DNA of 64,000 nt from Candidatus Dadabacteria bacterium (GTDB lineage Bacteria; Desulfobacterota_D; UBA1144; Nemesobacterales; CSP1-2), in NCBI GenBank assembly GCA_963805855.1, contig CAWDVW010000005.1:768001-832000 (forward strand), written 5' to 3'. The position numbers and the translations under genes were made by a program. Each line of letters begins with the position of its first letter. The stretch's first letter is position 1. Positions 1 through 12,006 of the stretch are shown one piece after another. A model generated the notes under the pieces. It had not been told where the DNA came from. It was given only the letters and a program-made list of their open reading frames with translations, and made no database searches.

Positions 1-92
1 TGCAGGGACATGAAATGTCAAAGGGGTACCACATGAAAAAAAAACGAACGGAAATTCTCATTCGTATAATAATGTGCTAAGGAGAATAATCA

Positions 93-419
93 ATGAAGAC
101 TTTGTTTGAAGGTAAAACGAGTTCATTATCAATCTTAGCAGCAGTGATTGTCCTTTGGTTAGGTTGCGCAACCGTCAACAAAGTTGAACAGGCGCAAGAA
201 ATATCCGCTGAACAAATTGAAATGTTGCAACAACAATCCGCCGGAACCATTCCATGTCCGCCTGAGAAAATTGAAATCACGGGATACAAAATTAACAAAA
301 CTGACGGAAGCGAATACTGGACTGCTTTTGGGTGCGATGGGGGGACATACAGTTGCACAAGGAGCGGCAAAGATAAGGCTGTAAATTGTGAGCGGGCGGA
401 TCCAGATTTAATAAATTAG
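93..419 (+). CDS. Small hypothetical lipoprotein, Cys-rich
   Basis: AGGAG RBS upstream; hydrophobic signal ending in lipobox-like LGC; four further Cys. Confidence 0.7.
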   Translation: MKTLFEGKTSSLSILAAVIVLWLGCATVNKVEQAQEISAEQIEMLQQQSAGTIPCPPEKIEITGYKINKTDGSEYWTAFGCDGGTYSCTRSGKDKAVNCERADPDLIN

Positions 420-565
420 CTAGACAAAATTGAATGACATGTTATTTACTTCCGACACAACTCGATATATAATTGGTACTCTTGATGGCTTTAAAATGGC
501 AGGTTCCTGTTTGCACCTTTTAAGTACTGAATTACCTGCCGCTTCCTACAGGGTTTCCTTGGCGC

Positions 566-672
566 GTCATTGCAAACGCATTCACTTTCGTCAGTTCAGG
601 CTCCGTGAAGTAATCCCATTTATAGATTGCTTCGAACCCATTCGACCTGGCTCAGGGTTCCTCGCAATGACA
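566..672. repeat. REP/MITE-like palindromic intergenic element
   Basis: Inverted ends GTCATTGC...GCAATGAC with internal AGATTGCTTCG and TTCGACCTGGCTCAGG motifs; related TTCGACAGGCTCAGG at about 11850 and in 20190-20390. Confidence 0.55.
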
Positions 673-733
673 TCTGAGACTTTCGGTTTCATTAAAAAAA
701 TTTACATAGAATTGAGAAGTAAAGGAGGCTGAC

Positions 734-3063
734 ATGAAGAAAGGATATTTTCAGCTACGAAGCATATGTGCTTTATTAGTTGGAGCAGCCCTCTTGATCT
801 TGATGGCGTGGCCAGGATTGGCTCAAAATAAGAACCCGGAGCGGAGCGTCTATTTCGGTGAAACACACCAACACACCAGTTGGTCTCTGGACGCCTATCT
901 CTTCGGCAATCATATAACCGGGCCAGCGGATGCCCTTAAATATGCCCAGGGAGAGACGATCAAGCACCCGCTGGGTTACGACATCAAGATCACGACCCCG
1001 CTAGACTGGATGGGCGTGACGGACCACTCGGAATATGTGGGTGTTATGAAGGAGGCGAACACCCCGGGTTCAGCAGTTAGCAAGCTGCCAGCTGCACAGC
1101 CACTGATTATCCACGATCCAGAAAACAAGGAAGAAGTTAATAAGGTTTTCCTTTATCTCGTCACGCTCGTGGCAGGCAAGCCCGTTCCAGAATTGATGAG
1201 CCCAAAGGTAGCAAGCTCAGTATGGAAGGAAAACGTAAAGATTGCCGACGAGAACAACCACCCGGGCAAGTTCACCGCCTTCTGTTCCTACGAATACACC
1301 TCACAACATGACTATCGCAACCTCCATCGAAACATTTTCTTCAGAGATTGCGCCAAGGTGCCAGACATGCCATACACCTCGCTCCAGTCCTGGCATCCAG
1401 AAGACCTTTGGAAATGGATGGATACGCAGCGTAAGGCGGGTAACGAGCTGTTGGCGATTTCGCACAACGCAAACCTGAGCGACGGGTGGATGTATCCCAC
1501 CGATGTCAACAGCTTAGGAAGGCCAATCGACGCCGCGTGGGCCGAATCACGGATGCGTAACGAACGGCTGATTGAGATCAAACAAATCAAGGGGCAGTCG
1601 GAGACGCATCCCTTGCTCTCTCCAAACGATGAATTCGCGAACTACGAGATAATGAGCTTCCTCATAGGCCTCCCGGCGGACTCCGGCCGCTTCCCTCACA
1701 TTGTCGGCAGCTACGGCCGACAGGCCCTGAAAGATGGCATCACCATGCAGGACACCAGGGGCTATAACCCTTACAAGTTCGGTATCGTGGGTGGCTCCGA
1801 CTCGCACAACACGGGCACCCCATACCGTCAGGACAATTTCTACGGCGGGCACGGAATCAATGACGGAACCATCGAGACTCGCATGAGCGGCCATATTTTT
1901 TCAGGTATTGACGTGCGCCTTGAGAGCCCTGCCGGACTGACCGGGGTATGGGCGGAGGAGAACACTCGCGCATCAATATGGGACGCCATGTATCGCAAGG
2001 AAACATTCGGAACCAGTGGTCCTCACATAAAGTTGCGCATTCTTTGGCGGCTGGGAATACAGCCCTGACGAGGCGAAACAGAAGGACTGGGTCAAGGTGG
2101 GCTATGAAAAGGGCGTACCGATGGGCGGGGATCTTCCGCCGCCAAAGTCCAAGGCCCCGACGTTCGTCGTGTGGGCCGTAAAGGACCCGACTTCGGGCAA
2201 CCTCGACCGAATCCAGATCGTCAAAGGCTGGAGCAAAAGCGGCCAATCATTCGAAAAGGTTTTCGACGTCGTCTGGGCGGGCAACCGTCAGCCAGACAAT
2301 TGTACCGGGAGGTTCCGCCGATTGGGAGCACGGTCGACATCGAACGCGACCTACACAAACACAATCGGTGATGTGGAGCTGAAAACAGTGTGGACCGACC
2401 CGGAATTCGACCCAAGCCTCCACGCATTCTACTACGCACGTGTACTGGAAATCCCCACACCACGCTGGACCACCATCCAGGCCAAGGAACTCGGAATAGC
2501 CCCACCCGACGTTGTGCCGGCAACAATCCAGGAGCGTGCGTGGAGTTCGCCAATCTGGTACACGCCGAGTGCCGAGACACGCAAAACCGCAAAGCCTGGC
2601 CCGACGGTGGCCGACCTTAACAAGAAAGGCGCGGTAGCCCTGGATCGAGGCACAACTCACGGCTTTGATCGTAGGCAAGTCCATTTGGTGGCGAAATATC
2701 GTCACCGGCGAGCCGTTCAAAATTCGCTATGACGATACTGGTCAGAGGATCATCCTGCATATCGGTAGGAATGCAACGCTGGCCAGTGAATTCGGCGATG
2801 TGGCGCAGAGCAGCTATCAAACAACACCCTCGCCGTACATGATTCAGAACGGCAAGCTCGTAATCTCGCTCGGGGGCACACTATTCGAGGTAACCGTTTA
2901 CAAGATGGGCGACAAATACATCGCTGCGCGGAGCAACGAGTTCGGCTATGCCAATTACGAAATCATGCCGAAAGGTCCGGAGAATTTGATCAATCTGGGA
3001 AAAGGAGAGTCGCAGGGAGAAGACAAAAATGTGCCTCCTGGGCCTGTTAAGGATGCAGAATGA
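734..3063 (+). pseudogene. DUF3604 domain protein (PHP-like metal-binding), split by frameshifts
   Basis: Signal peptide, HQHTSWSLDA, TDHSEY, HRN, SHN and GSDSH motifs and QERAWSSPIWY. Spread over ORFs 734-2068, 2097-2732 and 2665-3063, with single-base indels near 2039, 2310-2345 and 2647. Could be sequencing error. Confidence 0.85.
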
Positions 3064-3091
3064 ACTCGGCGAGTAGGAGAAGCCTGCAGCG

Positions 3092-4063
3092 ATGAGTAAA
3101 TCTCCTGTCACTAAAGGTGAAGGGCGGCCTTTCCTTGCAGCCATTAAGCGCTGGCTGCGCGAGCCGCTGCTACACTTCGTGCTGGTGGGTCTTGCGCTTT
3201 TCGCCATCTACGGCTACATGAACCGCGGGCTTGGCGGGGTTGAGTCGTCCAAGCAAATTGCTTTGACCCTTGATGACCTGGGCCAGATGGACACGTACTT
3301 TGTCTCGCAGTGGCACCGGCAGCCAACTGCAGAGGAATTCCAGGCAATGGTGGAGGACAAGATCCGCGAGGAGATTCTCTATCGCGAGGCCTTGGCTATG
3401 GGTTTGGACAAAGACGACACCATTGTGAAGCGCCGCATGGCGCAGAAGATGCAGTTCCTGGCCGAGGACGTCGCCGCAGCACGCGAGCCAACAATAGAAG
3501 AACTAAAGGCGTGGTACGAAAAGAACACCGATATGTTCGCGATGCCAAGCCGTGTCAGCTTCCGCCATTTGTATTTTTCTCCAGACAGTCGGGGCCAGCG
3601 CGCATACGACGACGCGGAGAAGGCGCTGGCGAAGATCGCAGGACAGCCGGAAGACTCGAAACTCGCCCCTTCACTGGCCGATCAATTCATGTTTCAGGAC
3701 TACTACGGGGATCGCACATCGGAGCAGTTGGCCAAGGAGTTCGGCCCCAAATTCGCAGTGGCGGTTTCCAAGCTGAATCCCGGCTCCTGGCAGGGGCCGA
3801 TCGAGTCCGGCTATGGCTGGCATTTGGTGTTCGTCGATTCGGTGATTCCAGGCCGAATTCCCGCTTTCGAAGAAATTGAGCCGGACGTGAAGACCGCCTG
3901 GCTTGGCGAGCAGAAGCAGCAGGCGTGGGACAAGGCCTATAAAGAGATGCGCGCCAAGTACACCGTGCTGCTGCCCGCTCCTCCCACCAAGCAATCAGCC
4001 AGCGCACCTGCGCTACAGAACCCTAGGGAAATTGCCACCTCATCGGGGGAGGGACCTCTGTGA
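3092..4063 (+). CDS. PpiC/rotamase-type peptidyl-prolyl cis-trans isomerase
   Basis: REPLLHF N-terminal anchor, EEILYREA, DDTIVKRRM and WQGPIESGYGWHLV motifs. Confidence 0.9.
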   Translation: MSKSPVTKGEGRPFLAAIKRWLREPLLHFVLVGLALFAIYGYMNRGLGGVESSKQIALTLDDLGQMDTYFVSQWHRQPTAEEFQAMVEDKIREEILYREALAMGLDKDDTIVKRRMAQKMQFLAEDVAAAREPTIEELKAWYEKNTDMFAMPSRVSFRHLYFSPDSRGQRAYDDAEKALAKIAGQPEDSKLAPSLADQFMFQDYYGDRTSEQLAKEFGPKFAVAVSKLNPGSWQGPIESGYGWHLVFVDSVIPGRIPAFEEIEPDVKTAWLGEQKQQAWDKAYKEMRAKYTVLLPAPPTKQSASAPALQNPREIATSSGEGPL

Positions 4064-5079
4064 GCAGCTTGCAAAAGTACATAGCTTCGCTTCTGGCTGG
4101 ACTGCTTATCACCATCCTGCTTGCCCCACCTAGCCGCGCACACGAGACACGCCCCGCTTACCTGGAAATTAACGAGACCAGCCCTAGCCAGTTCAGCGTG
4201 CTCTGGCGCACACCAGTTCTGTCGGGCATGCGCCTGCCTATCGTCCTGAAATTTCCCGATGACGTGCAAAACATTAGGGAGCCGACATTCCAGGAACTTG
4301 CGGATTCGCTCGTCGAACGTCGGGTGATCGATGCAGGGGCAAGCGGGCTTGCCGGAAAGCGAATCGAGTTCATTGGACTTCAGGTAACTATCACGGACGT
4401 CCTGGTGCGTGTGCAGATGCTAGACGGCAGGAAGTGGACGACTATCGTCCGACCATCGCAACCGTGGGTGGAGATTGCCGCCTCACAATCCTGGCTGGGA
4501 GTGGCAGGCACATACGTCGCGCAGGGCATTCGGCACATTCTCTTCGGCTACGACCACCTGCTGTTCGTGTTCGCGCTTATCCTCATCGTAAGGAACCGCA
4601 GGGTGCTGTTCATGACGATCACCTCATTCACCATCGCCCACTCGATAACCCTGGCTCTGGCTACGCTTGGGGCGGTGCATGTGCCTAGACCACCGGTTGA
4701 AGCCGCCATCGCACTTAGCATTTTGCTCCTCGCCTGCGAGATCGTCCGGTTGCAACATGGTCAGGTGAGCTTGACCGCGAGGTGGCCATGGGTAGTGGCT
4801 TTCTCTTTCGGCCTACTCCACGGCTTTGGCTTCGCCAGCGCACTGACCGACATTGGGCTTCCACAGAGTGATGTTCCTCTCGCCCTGTTCTCTTTCAACG
4901 TCGGCGTCGAACTAGGACAGCTCGCATTCATCGGGGTAGTTTTCAGCGTCCTGGAGTTAGCAAAGCGGGTCAGGCTAGTTTCGGTCATCGGGCACCGTGC
5001 GCTTCCAGCCGCAACATATGGAATAGGCATATTGGCCGCGTTCTGGTTCTTAGAGCGCCTGGCGGGGTTCTGGATGTAA
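4060..5079 (+). CDS. HupE/UreJ family membrane protein
   Basis: GIRHILFGYDHLLF, FTIAHSITL, GLLHGFGFA, FNVGVELGQL motifs; start overlaps upstream stop. Confidence 0.92.
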   Translation: MSSLQKYIASLLAGLLITILLAPPSRAHETRPAYLEINETSPSQFSVLWRTPVLSGMRLPIVLKFPDDVQNIREPTFQELADSLVERRVIDAGASGLAGKRIEFIGLQVTITDVLVRVQMLDGRKWTTIVRPSQPWVEIAASQSWLGVAGTYVAQGIRHILFGYDHLLFVFALILIVRNRRVLFMTITSFTIAHSITLALATLGAVHVPRPPVEAAIALSILLLACEIVRLQHGQVSLTARWPWVVAFSFGLLHGFGFASALTDIGLPQSDVPLALFSFNVGVELGQLAFIGVVFSVLELAKRVRLVSVIGHRALPAATYGIGILAAFWFLERLAGFWM

Positions 5080-5221
5080 GGACTGATAGGAGGAACTTAA
5101 AGGTAAAAATATTAGAAGAAGTTAAGAAGACAAGAAGACAAACATGGAAGGCGTAAAGAAAATCTTTTGCAATAGTTATTATCTCACATCAATGGTTGTG
5201 AAGAGGCTAAAGGAGCTTAAG

Positions 5222-7471
5222 ATGAAGAAAGGAGCTTTTGTGTGTTTTCAACTACGCGGTATAATTGCTTTACTACTGGGGACTGTGCTAATGATCCTGA
5301 TGGCTTCGCCGGGCTTCGCACAGAAAAACCCCGAGCGCAACGTCTACTTCGGGGAACAACACGTTCATACGAGCTGGTCATTCGATGCCTTCGCGTTCGG
5401 CGACACAGTCGACCGGGCCGGAAGAGTTCTACCAGTACGCGTTGGGTAAGCCCACTTTGCACCCCGGGGGCTTCAAGCAAACGATCAGCAAGCCGCTCGA
5501 CTGGGGCGCGGACACAGAGCATTCGGAGTACATGGGCATGATCCAGGAGGCGAATGATCCTGATTCAGCGCTCAGAAAGAACTCGCCATTTCTCTCGGCG
5601 GCGCTGAGGATCGGCACCGAGAAGGATCCGCTGCTCGCCTTCAAGATCCTGTCTGCCACGATCGCAAAGGGTGTGCACATCAAGGATCTCTCGAATCCCA
5701 GAGTGGCGGCTCCCGTCTGGAAACGGATCGTCCAGATCGCCGACAAGTACTATCAGCCCGGCAAGTTCACGACTTTCGTGGCCTACGAGTGGACCGCCAC
5801 TCCAAATTCCAAGAACCTCCACCGCAACATTTTCTTCCTGGACTCGAAAAGGGTACCGGAGGTGCCGTTCACCGCCGTCGATTCGACCGACCCGCGCGAA
5901 CTCTGGCAGTGGATGGACGGCCAGCGGAAGGCGGGCAACGAGTTACTCGCCGTCTCGCACAACTCGAACCTGAGCGACGGACTGATGTTCCCGACAGAGG
6001 TGGATGAGAAGGGTCGGCCCATCGACCGGGCATGGGCGGAAGCAAGGCTGCGCAACGAGCCGCTGCCGAGATGAAGCAGGTGAAGGGTCAGTCGGAGACA
6101 ACACCGGCGCTCTCGCCGAACGACGAGTTCGCGGACTACGAGGTCTTCGTCTGGCAGCTCCTGGGCGCCAAAGGCGCGCCTCAGGACTACGGGAGCTACA
6201 TCCGGCAGGCTTACAGGGACGGCGTCACGATGGAGCAAGCTCGCGGGTACAACCCCTACAAGTTCGGCGTCGTCAGCGGGTCCGACTCGCACGTCACCGT
6301 GGTACCCTACCGGCAGGACAACTTCTTCGGCGTCCACGGCACAGTGGATGACACGATGGAGAAGCGCTTGAGTGGCGCCACCGTTCTCGGGCTAAACAGC
6401 CTCTGGGTGACCCCAGCGGGTCTGAGCGCGGTGTGGGCGGAGGAGAATACGCGCGAGGCGATCTTCGCCGGGATGAAACGCAAGGAGACGTACTCCACGA
6501 GCGGTGTGCGCATCCCCGTACGCTTCTTCGGCGGCTGGCAATACGATGCCAAGCTGCTCGAGCAACGCGACTGGATCAAGACCGCTTACGCCAAGGGCGT
6601 GCCGATGGGAGCCGATCTCCCAGCCCCTGCGAGCCAGGCGCCCTCGTTTGTTGTCTGGGCGGTGAAGGACCCCGAAAGCGCCAACCTCGACCGCATCCAG
6701 ATCATCAAGGGCTGGAGCAAAAATGGTCAGTCGTTTGAGAAGATCTTTGATGTCGCCTGGGCGGGAACGCGGAAAATCGATCCCGCTACCGGCAAGGTGC
6801 CACCAATCGGGAACACAGTCGACCTCTCCAAGGGCACCTACACGAATACGATCGGGGCAGTTGAGCTGAAGACCGTCTCGACGGATCCGGAGTTTGATCC
6901 CAGCCTCGATGCGTTCTACTACGCCCGCGTGCTGGAGATTCCAACCCCACGCTGGAGCACAATCCAGGCGGCTAAACTAGGCAGAGTCCCGCCGCACACC
7001 CCTGGGCTGGGCATCCATACGGCGACAATTCAGGAGCGCGCGTGGAGCTCGCCGATATGGTACACGCCGAGTGCCGAGGCGCGCAAGGCCGCCAAGCCCG
7101 GCCTGACAGTGGAAGATCTCAAGAAAAAGGGCGCCGTGGCGCTCGATGACGCGCAGTTAAAGGAGTTGGTCGTGGGCAAGACAGTGAAGGTCACCAACAC
7201 CGTCACTGGTCAACGGTTCGAGATCCTTTACGGGACCGGTGGTCAACCTCTCATCACCTCGGTGGACGGCAAAGCAGGAGATTTGAGCGAGATCGCCGAA
7301 CTCTTGCACGGCGGAAGCGCGCAGTACGAGATTAGCGGGGGCCACCTGATCACCAGCTTGCGGGCACACCGTTCGAGGTCACTGTCTACAAAGCTCGGCG
7401 ACCGCTACGTGGCATCCCGCAGCAATGAGTTTGGATACGCCAATTACGAGGTCGAAGCGGTGGGACAGTGA
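5222..7471 (+). pseudogene. Second DUF3604 paralog, frameshifted
   Basis: Same motifs as 734-3063 (HVHTSWSFDA, TEHSEY, GSDSH, QERAWSSPIWY); indels near 5411, 6069 and a compensating pair at about 7360-7392. Confidence 0.85.
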
Positions 7472-7558
7472 TTGACGAGATCGCGCGTTTAGGGGTGATG
7501 TGAGTGACGTGAAAGTAGCAATGTTATAATAATTTTAAAAACTAAGGAGAAACCAGTA

Positions 7559-10075
7559 ATGAAGAGAGTAACACAGATATCAAGAACAGCGGTACCATTA
7601 ATTTTTGCGATGTTGCTTTGGACTTTCCCGAGCCTGGCCCAGCAGATTACCGGAGTGCCGGGCTCGCCGAGCGCCACGACCACCATTGACGGGAAACAGC
7701 TCCCGCCACCGGACCCAAAATTCGGCGGCGTGATCAAGAATGACGCCCTGCAATCCAAGGCGTGGTGGGCACCGCGCATCGTGCCGCCGAAGAAGGCTCC
7801 AAACATCCTGCTCATCATGACCGACGACTCGGGCTTCGGCGTGCCCAGCACTTCCGGCGGGGTCATCCCGACGCCGACGATGGATCGCATTGCAAAGAAT
7901 GGCCTGCTCTACAACAACATCCACTCCACCGCGCTCTGTTCGCCGACGCGCGCCGCGTTGATTACCGGGCGCAACCATCATTCCGCGGGCTTCGGAGTCA
8001 TCTCGGAACAGTCGACCGGGTTCCCAGGTTACAACAGCATCATCAACAAAGACAAGGCGACAATCGGCCGCATCCTGGTGGACAACGGCTACGCCACCTC
8101 GTGGTTCGGTAAGGACCACAACACGCCTGCCTTCCAGGCCAGTCAGGTCGGGCCGTTCGATCAATGGCCGACTGGCATGGGCTTCGAGTACTTCTACGGG
8201 TTCGTCGGCGGCGACGCCAATCAGTGGCAGCCCAACCTGTTCCGCAACACTACGCAAATCTATCCTTTCGAAGGCAAGCCCGGCTGGAATTTGGTCACCG
8301 CAATGGCGGACGACGCCATCGATTGGTTGAACCGCATTGATCAGACTGATCCAAGCAAGCGATTCTTTCTGCATTACGTTCCCGGGGCCACTCACGCACC
8401 CCATCACCCGACTAAGGAGTGGGTCGACAAGATCCACGACATGCACCTGTTCGATGATGGATGGAACAAGCTGCGGGAACGGATCTTCGAGAACCAGAAG
8501 CGCCTTGGCGTGATCCCGGCTGACACGCAGCTAGAGCCCTGGCCGACGGAAGTCATCAAGGACTGGGATGATTGCACGCCCGAGGAGAAGAAGCTCTACA
8601 TCCGGCAGGTGGAAGTGTTCGCCGCCTACGTGGCCTACAATGACCACGAAATCGGCCGCGTCATCCAGACCATCGAGGACATGGGCAAGCTGGACGATAC
8701 CCTCATCATCTACATCAACGGCGACAACGGCACCAGCGCTGAGGGCGGCCCGTTGGGCACACCCAACGAAGTCGCGTTCTTCAACGGCGTCAACATGATG
8801 CCCGTCGCGGAACAGATGAAGTGGTATGACGTCTGGGGCACGGAGGAGACCTACAACCACATGTCTGCGGGCTGGTCCTGGGCGTTCGATACGCCTTTCA
8901 CCTGGTACAAGCAGAACGCCTCGAAGCTCGGCGGCATTCGCCAGTCCATGGCGATCTCCTGGCCGGGCCACATCAAGGACAAGGGTGCCCTCCGTGAGCA
9001 GTTCATGCACGTCATCGACGTAGTACCGACCCTTCTCGAAGTGACCGGTATCCCGGCGCCCGAGTATGTGGATGGCATTAAGCAGGCGCCCATCGAAGGC
9101 ACGAGCTTCGCCTACACCTTCGACCCCGCCAACGCCAAGGAACCGTCACGGCACAAGACTCAGTATTTCGAAATGATGGGCCAGTGGGCCCTGTATAACG
9201 AAGGCTGGCTGTTGAGCACCAAGGTGAACCGTGCGCCGTGGGAAGCCTTCGGCGCAGCCAATCCCGACCCGCTCAACAACCAGGTGCTCGAACTCTACGA
9301 CCTGAACACGGACTTTAGCCAGTCCCAGAACATCGCGGACAAGCATCCGGACAAAGTAAACCAGATGAAGCAGATGTTCATCGAGGAGGCCCACAAGTAT
9401 CAGGTTTTCCCGCTCGACGCTTCGGCGGCAGCCCGCGTCGTCGCCCCCCGCCCCAACATCACCGCCGGCCGCACGGAGTTTGTTTACACCCACCCCATGG
9501 TCGGCCTGCCTCAGGGCGATTCCCCGTTTCTGCTCGACAGCTCGTATACCATCACAGCGGACATCGAGGTCCCGGAAGGCGGCGCCGAGGGGATGATCCT
9601 TACCTCGGGCGGCCGGTTTGCCGGATACGGGTTCTACCTGCTCAAGGGCAAACCAGTGTTTCTCTGGAACCTCCTGGACCTGAAACGCATCAAGTGGGAG
9701 GGCCCGGACGCGCTCGCTCCCGGCAAACACACTCTGGAGTTCGACTTCAAGTATGACGGCCTGGGGATGGGCACGCTCGCTTTCAATAACATGAGCGGGC
9801 TTGGTCGCAGCGGCGTCGGCACGCTCAAGGTCGATGGCAAGGAGGTCCAGACCATCGCCATGGAGAAGACGCTGCCCATGATCCTGCAGTGGGACGAATC
9901 CTTCGACATCGGCTCCGACACGCTGACTGGTGTGAACGACGCCGATTACCTGCCGCCGTTCCCGCTCACCGCCAAGCTGAACAAACTGACATTGAAGATC
10001 GACCGGCCGCAGTTGTCGCCCGCAGATATCAAGAAGCTCGAACAAGCCCAGCGGAACAACAAGACAAGCGAGTGA
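7559..10075 (+). CDS. Cys-type arylsulfatase (formylglycine-dependent)
   Basis: Signal peptide, NILLIMTDD, signature CSPTRAALITGR, GKDH, GDNG; C-terminal lectin-like extension. Confidence 0.95.
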   Translation: MKRVTQISRTAVPLIFAMLLWTFPSLAQQITGVPGSPSATTTIDGKQLPPPDPKFGGVIKNDALQSKAWWAPRIVPPKKAPNILLIMTDDSGFGVPSTSGGVIPTPTMDRIAKNGLLYNNIHSTALCSPTRAALITGRNHHSAGFGVISEQSTGFPGYNSIINKDKATIGRILVDNGYATSWFGKDHNTPAFQASQVGPFDQWPTGMGFEYFYGFVGGDANQWQPNLFRNTTQIYPFEGKPGWNLVTAMADDAIDWLNRIDQTDPSKRFFLHYVPGATHAPHHPTKEWVDKIHDMHLFDDGWNKLRERIFENQKRLGVIPADTQLEPWPTEVIKDWDDCTPEEKKLYIRQVEVFAAYVAYNDHEIGRVIQTIEDMGKLDDTLIIYINGDNGTSAEGGPLGTPNEVAFFNGVNMMPVAEQMKWYDVWGTEETYNHMSAGWSWAFDTPFTWYKQNASKLGGIRQSMAISWPGHIKDKGALREQFMHVIDVVPTLLEVTGIPAPEYVDGIKQAPIEGTSFAYTFDPANAKEPSRHKTQYFEMMGQWALYNEGWLLSTKVNRAPWEAFGAANPDPLNNQVLELYDLNTDFSQSQNIADKHPDKVNQMKQMFIEEAHKYQVFPLDASAAARVVAPRPNITAGRTEFVYTHPMVGLPQGDSPFLLDSSYTITADIEVPEGGAEGMILTSGGRFAGYGFYLLKGKPVFLWNLLDLKRIKWEGPDALAPGKHTLEFDFKYDGLGMGTLAFNNMSGLGRSGVGTLKVDGKEVQTIAMEKTLPMILQWDESFDIGSDTLTGVNDADYLPPFPLTAKLNKLTLKIDRPQLSPADIKKLEQAQRNNKTSE

Positions 10076-10212
10076 TGGATGTGCTATATTCATATACACT
10101 GGTATCAATCAGTATGGTTAAATAGTTTTTGTTTTTTGCGTTGAAAGACAGCAAGGATAAACAGAAGACTGAGTCAAAAATAAAATGAGAAAACAAGATT
10201 AGGAGGTGCTAA

Positions 10213-11019
10213 ATGGCACAAGTAAAAATAGGAGTTTTATTGGGGTGGGCAGTTGCACTGTTGCTGATGGTGGCGCCTATCAGCGCTCAGCAAACCAGCC
10301 CGACTGATCAGAACAAAAGTGAACAGCAGGCAATGGCTGTGTTGAAGGGGATGGCCGATTTTCTATCACAGGCACAGCGCTTCAGTGTCACGATGGATAT
10401 GGGCTTTGATACTGTGCAGGACAATGGGCAAAAAATCGAGTTTGGGGAGACTCGCAAGATTTTGCTCAGCCGCCCTGATCGTCTTCGAATAGATACTACA
10501 AAAAGAGACGGAACAGAGGACGAGGTAATTTTCGATGGTAAGGACATTACCGTGTTTAACCCCAAGGAAAATGTCTATGCCACTGAGGCCAAGCCTGGTA
10601 CCGTCGACCAGGCCATTGCGTATTTTGTAAATGACCTCGGCATGAGGTTGCCTCTGGCCGAGTTGGTTAACAGCAATCTGGCAAAGATGTTGCCGGAACG
10701 GGTGCGTGAAGCCGCCTATGTCGAAAAATCATCTATTGCCGGTGTCCCCTGTGATCACATCGCCCTACGTGGGGACCAGGCAGACATGCAACTGTGGATT
10801 GCGGAGGGTGATAAACCACTGCCGCAGCGGGTAGTTATTACCTATAAGCGAGAGGATGGACGGCCGCAGTTCTGGGCCAATTTAACTGAATGGAACCTTT
10901 CGCCGAAGGTACGCGATTCGATGTTTGCCTTTACCCCGCCAAAGGGTGCGGTGAAAATCGCTTTTTCCCCACGGCAGATGATGCAGACTGGGGAAACAGA
11001 AATGAAAGGAGGTGAATAG
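10213..11019 (+). CDS. DUF2092 periplasmic protein
   Basis: AGGAGG RBS, signal peptide, RPDRLRI, FDGK, CDHIA, QLWI..GDKPLP motifs. Confidence 0.85.
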   Translation: MAQVKIGVLLGWAVALLLMVAPISAQQTSPTDQNKSEQQAMAVLKGMADFLSQAQRFSVTMDMGFDTVQDNGQKIEFGETRKILLSRPDRLRIDTTKRDGTEDEVIFDGKDITVFNPKENVYATEAKPGTVDQAIAYFVNDLGMRLPLAELVNSNLAKMLPERVREAAYVEKSSIAGVPCDHIALRGDQADMQLWIAEGDKPLPQRVVITYKREDGRPQFWANLTEWNLSPKVRDSMFAFTPPKGAVKIAFSPRQMMQTGETEMKGGE

Positions 11020-11021
11020 TT

Positions 11022-11741
11022 ATGAGATCGAGAACATGGATACAATTTGGACTATGGAATGGCCTGTTCTTGATGTTGGTGTTTGCGGCCACAAACGTTG
11101 ATGCCAGGGGTTTTGGAGGCGGCGGCCGGGGCGGCGGTGGGGGATTTTCCCGGGGTAGTGGCGCCAGTGGCGGTAGTTTCGGCGGTAGGGGAGGCGGAGG
11201 TTCTCGCGACTTTGGAGGCGGCGGAGGCGAAGGTTTTTCTCAGCGCGGGGGCGCCAGTAGCGGGAATTGGCAATCCGATCGCTCAAGCATGCAGTCAAGC
11301 CGTCAGTCTTCAGCACAACAAATGCAGTCGACTGGCTCGGCTAATCAAAGCGAGCGCCAGTCCTCACGGCAAAGCTACGGACAGCAGGCTCAGCAAAGCC
11401 GGCAGAGCTACGGGCAGGACGCGCAGCAAAGCCGACAGAGTTATGGGCAGCAGGCACAGCAAAGCAGGCAGAACTATGCCAACAACTACGATGACTACCA
11501 CTACCATGGCGGGGGCTACTACGGGGGAGGGTATGGCTATGGTGGAGCGTATGCGGCCGGAGCCGTAACTGGCGCAGTCATCGGTTCGACCTTGACGGCG
11601 GCCGCATTCAGTGCCATGTCGGCCCCCCAGACCCAGGTGGTCGTGGGCGGCGTCACCTATTATCAGGTCGGCTCAACCTGGTACCAACCAATGTATCAGG
11701 GGGGTCAGGTAACCTATGTGGTGGTGCAACCGCCTCAATAG
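11022..11741 (+). CDS. Exported Gly/Gln/Ser/Tyr-rich low-complexity protein
   Basis: Signal peptide, RGG-rich segment, 11-aa repeats, C-terminal VVGGVTYYQVGSTWYQP motif. Confidence 0.8.
   Translation: MRSRTWIQFGLWNGLFLMLVFAATNVDARGFGGGGRGGGGGFSRGSGASGGSFGGRGGGGSRDFGGGGGEGFSQRGGASSGNWQSDRSSMQSSRQSSAQQMQSTGSANQSERQSSRQSYGQQAQQSRQSYGQDAQQSRQSYGQQAQQSRQNYANNYDDYHYHGGGYYGGGYGYGGAYAAGAVTGAVIGSTLTAAAFSAMSAPQTQVVVGGVTYYQVGSTWYQPMYQGGQVTYVVVQPPQ
11367..11477 (+). repeat. 33-bp tandem repeat (about 3.4 copies) encoding RQSYGQQAQQS
   Basis: Units start at 11367, 11400 and 11433, partial unit at 11466. Confidence 0.85.
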
Positions 11742-12006
11742 GCGATTTTCGAGTTGCGGGATTTAATCGTGTTGAACTATACTGATTGCATTTGAAGAGA
11801 TAATTTTATTCTTTTGCGAAGATTACTAGTCAAAAGGGGAGATTGGTCCTTCGACAGGCTCAGGACGAACGGATCTGTTTTGTATTTCATACCTAGGCAA
11901 ACTAGCACATGTATTCTGGCATTTAAGATCTTACGTAGCAATTAAAAATGTTTTGAGGATATCTTGCACTTTAAAACCATTAAGAGAGGTAGGAGGAAAT
12001 ACAGCT

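Noticed and set aside
430-732. 100-aa ORF upstream of DUF3604
   Set aside because: Runs across a REP-like palindrome and has no protein-like motifs
7598-10108. Long antisense ORFs (282, 159 and 320 aa) opposite the sulfatase
   Set aside because: Shadow frames expected from GC-rich codon bias; no motifs
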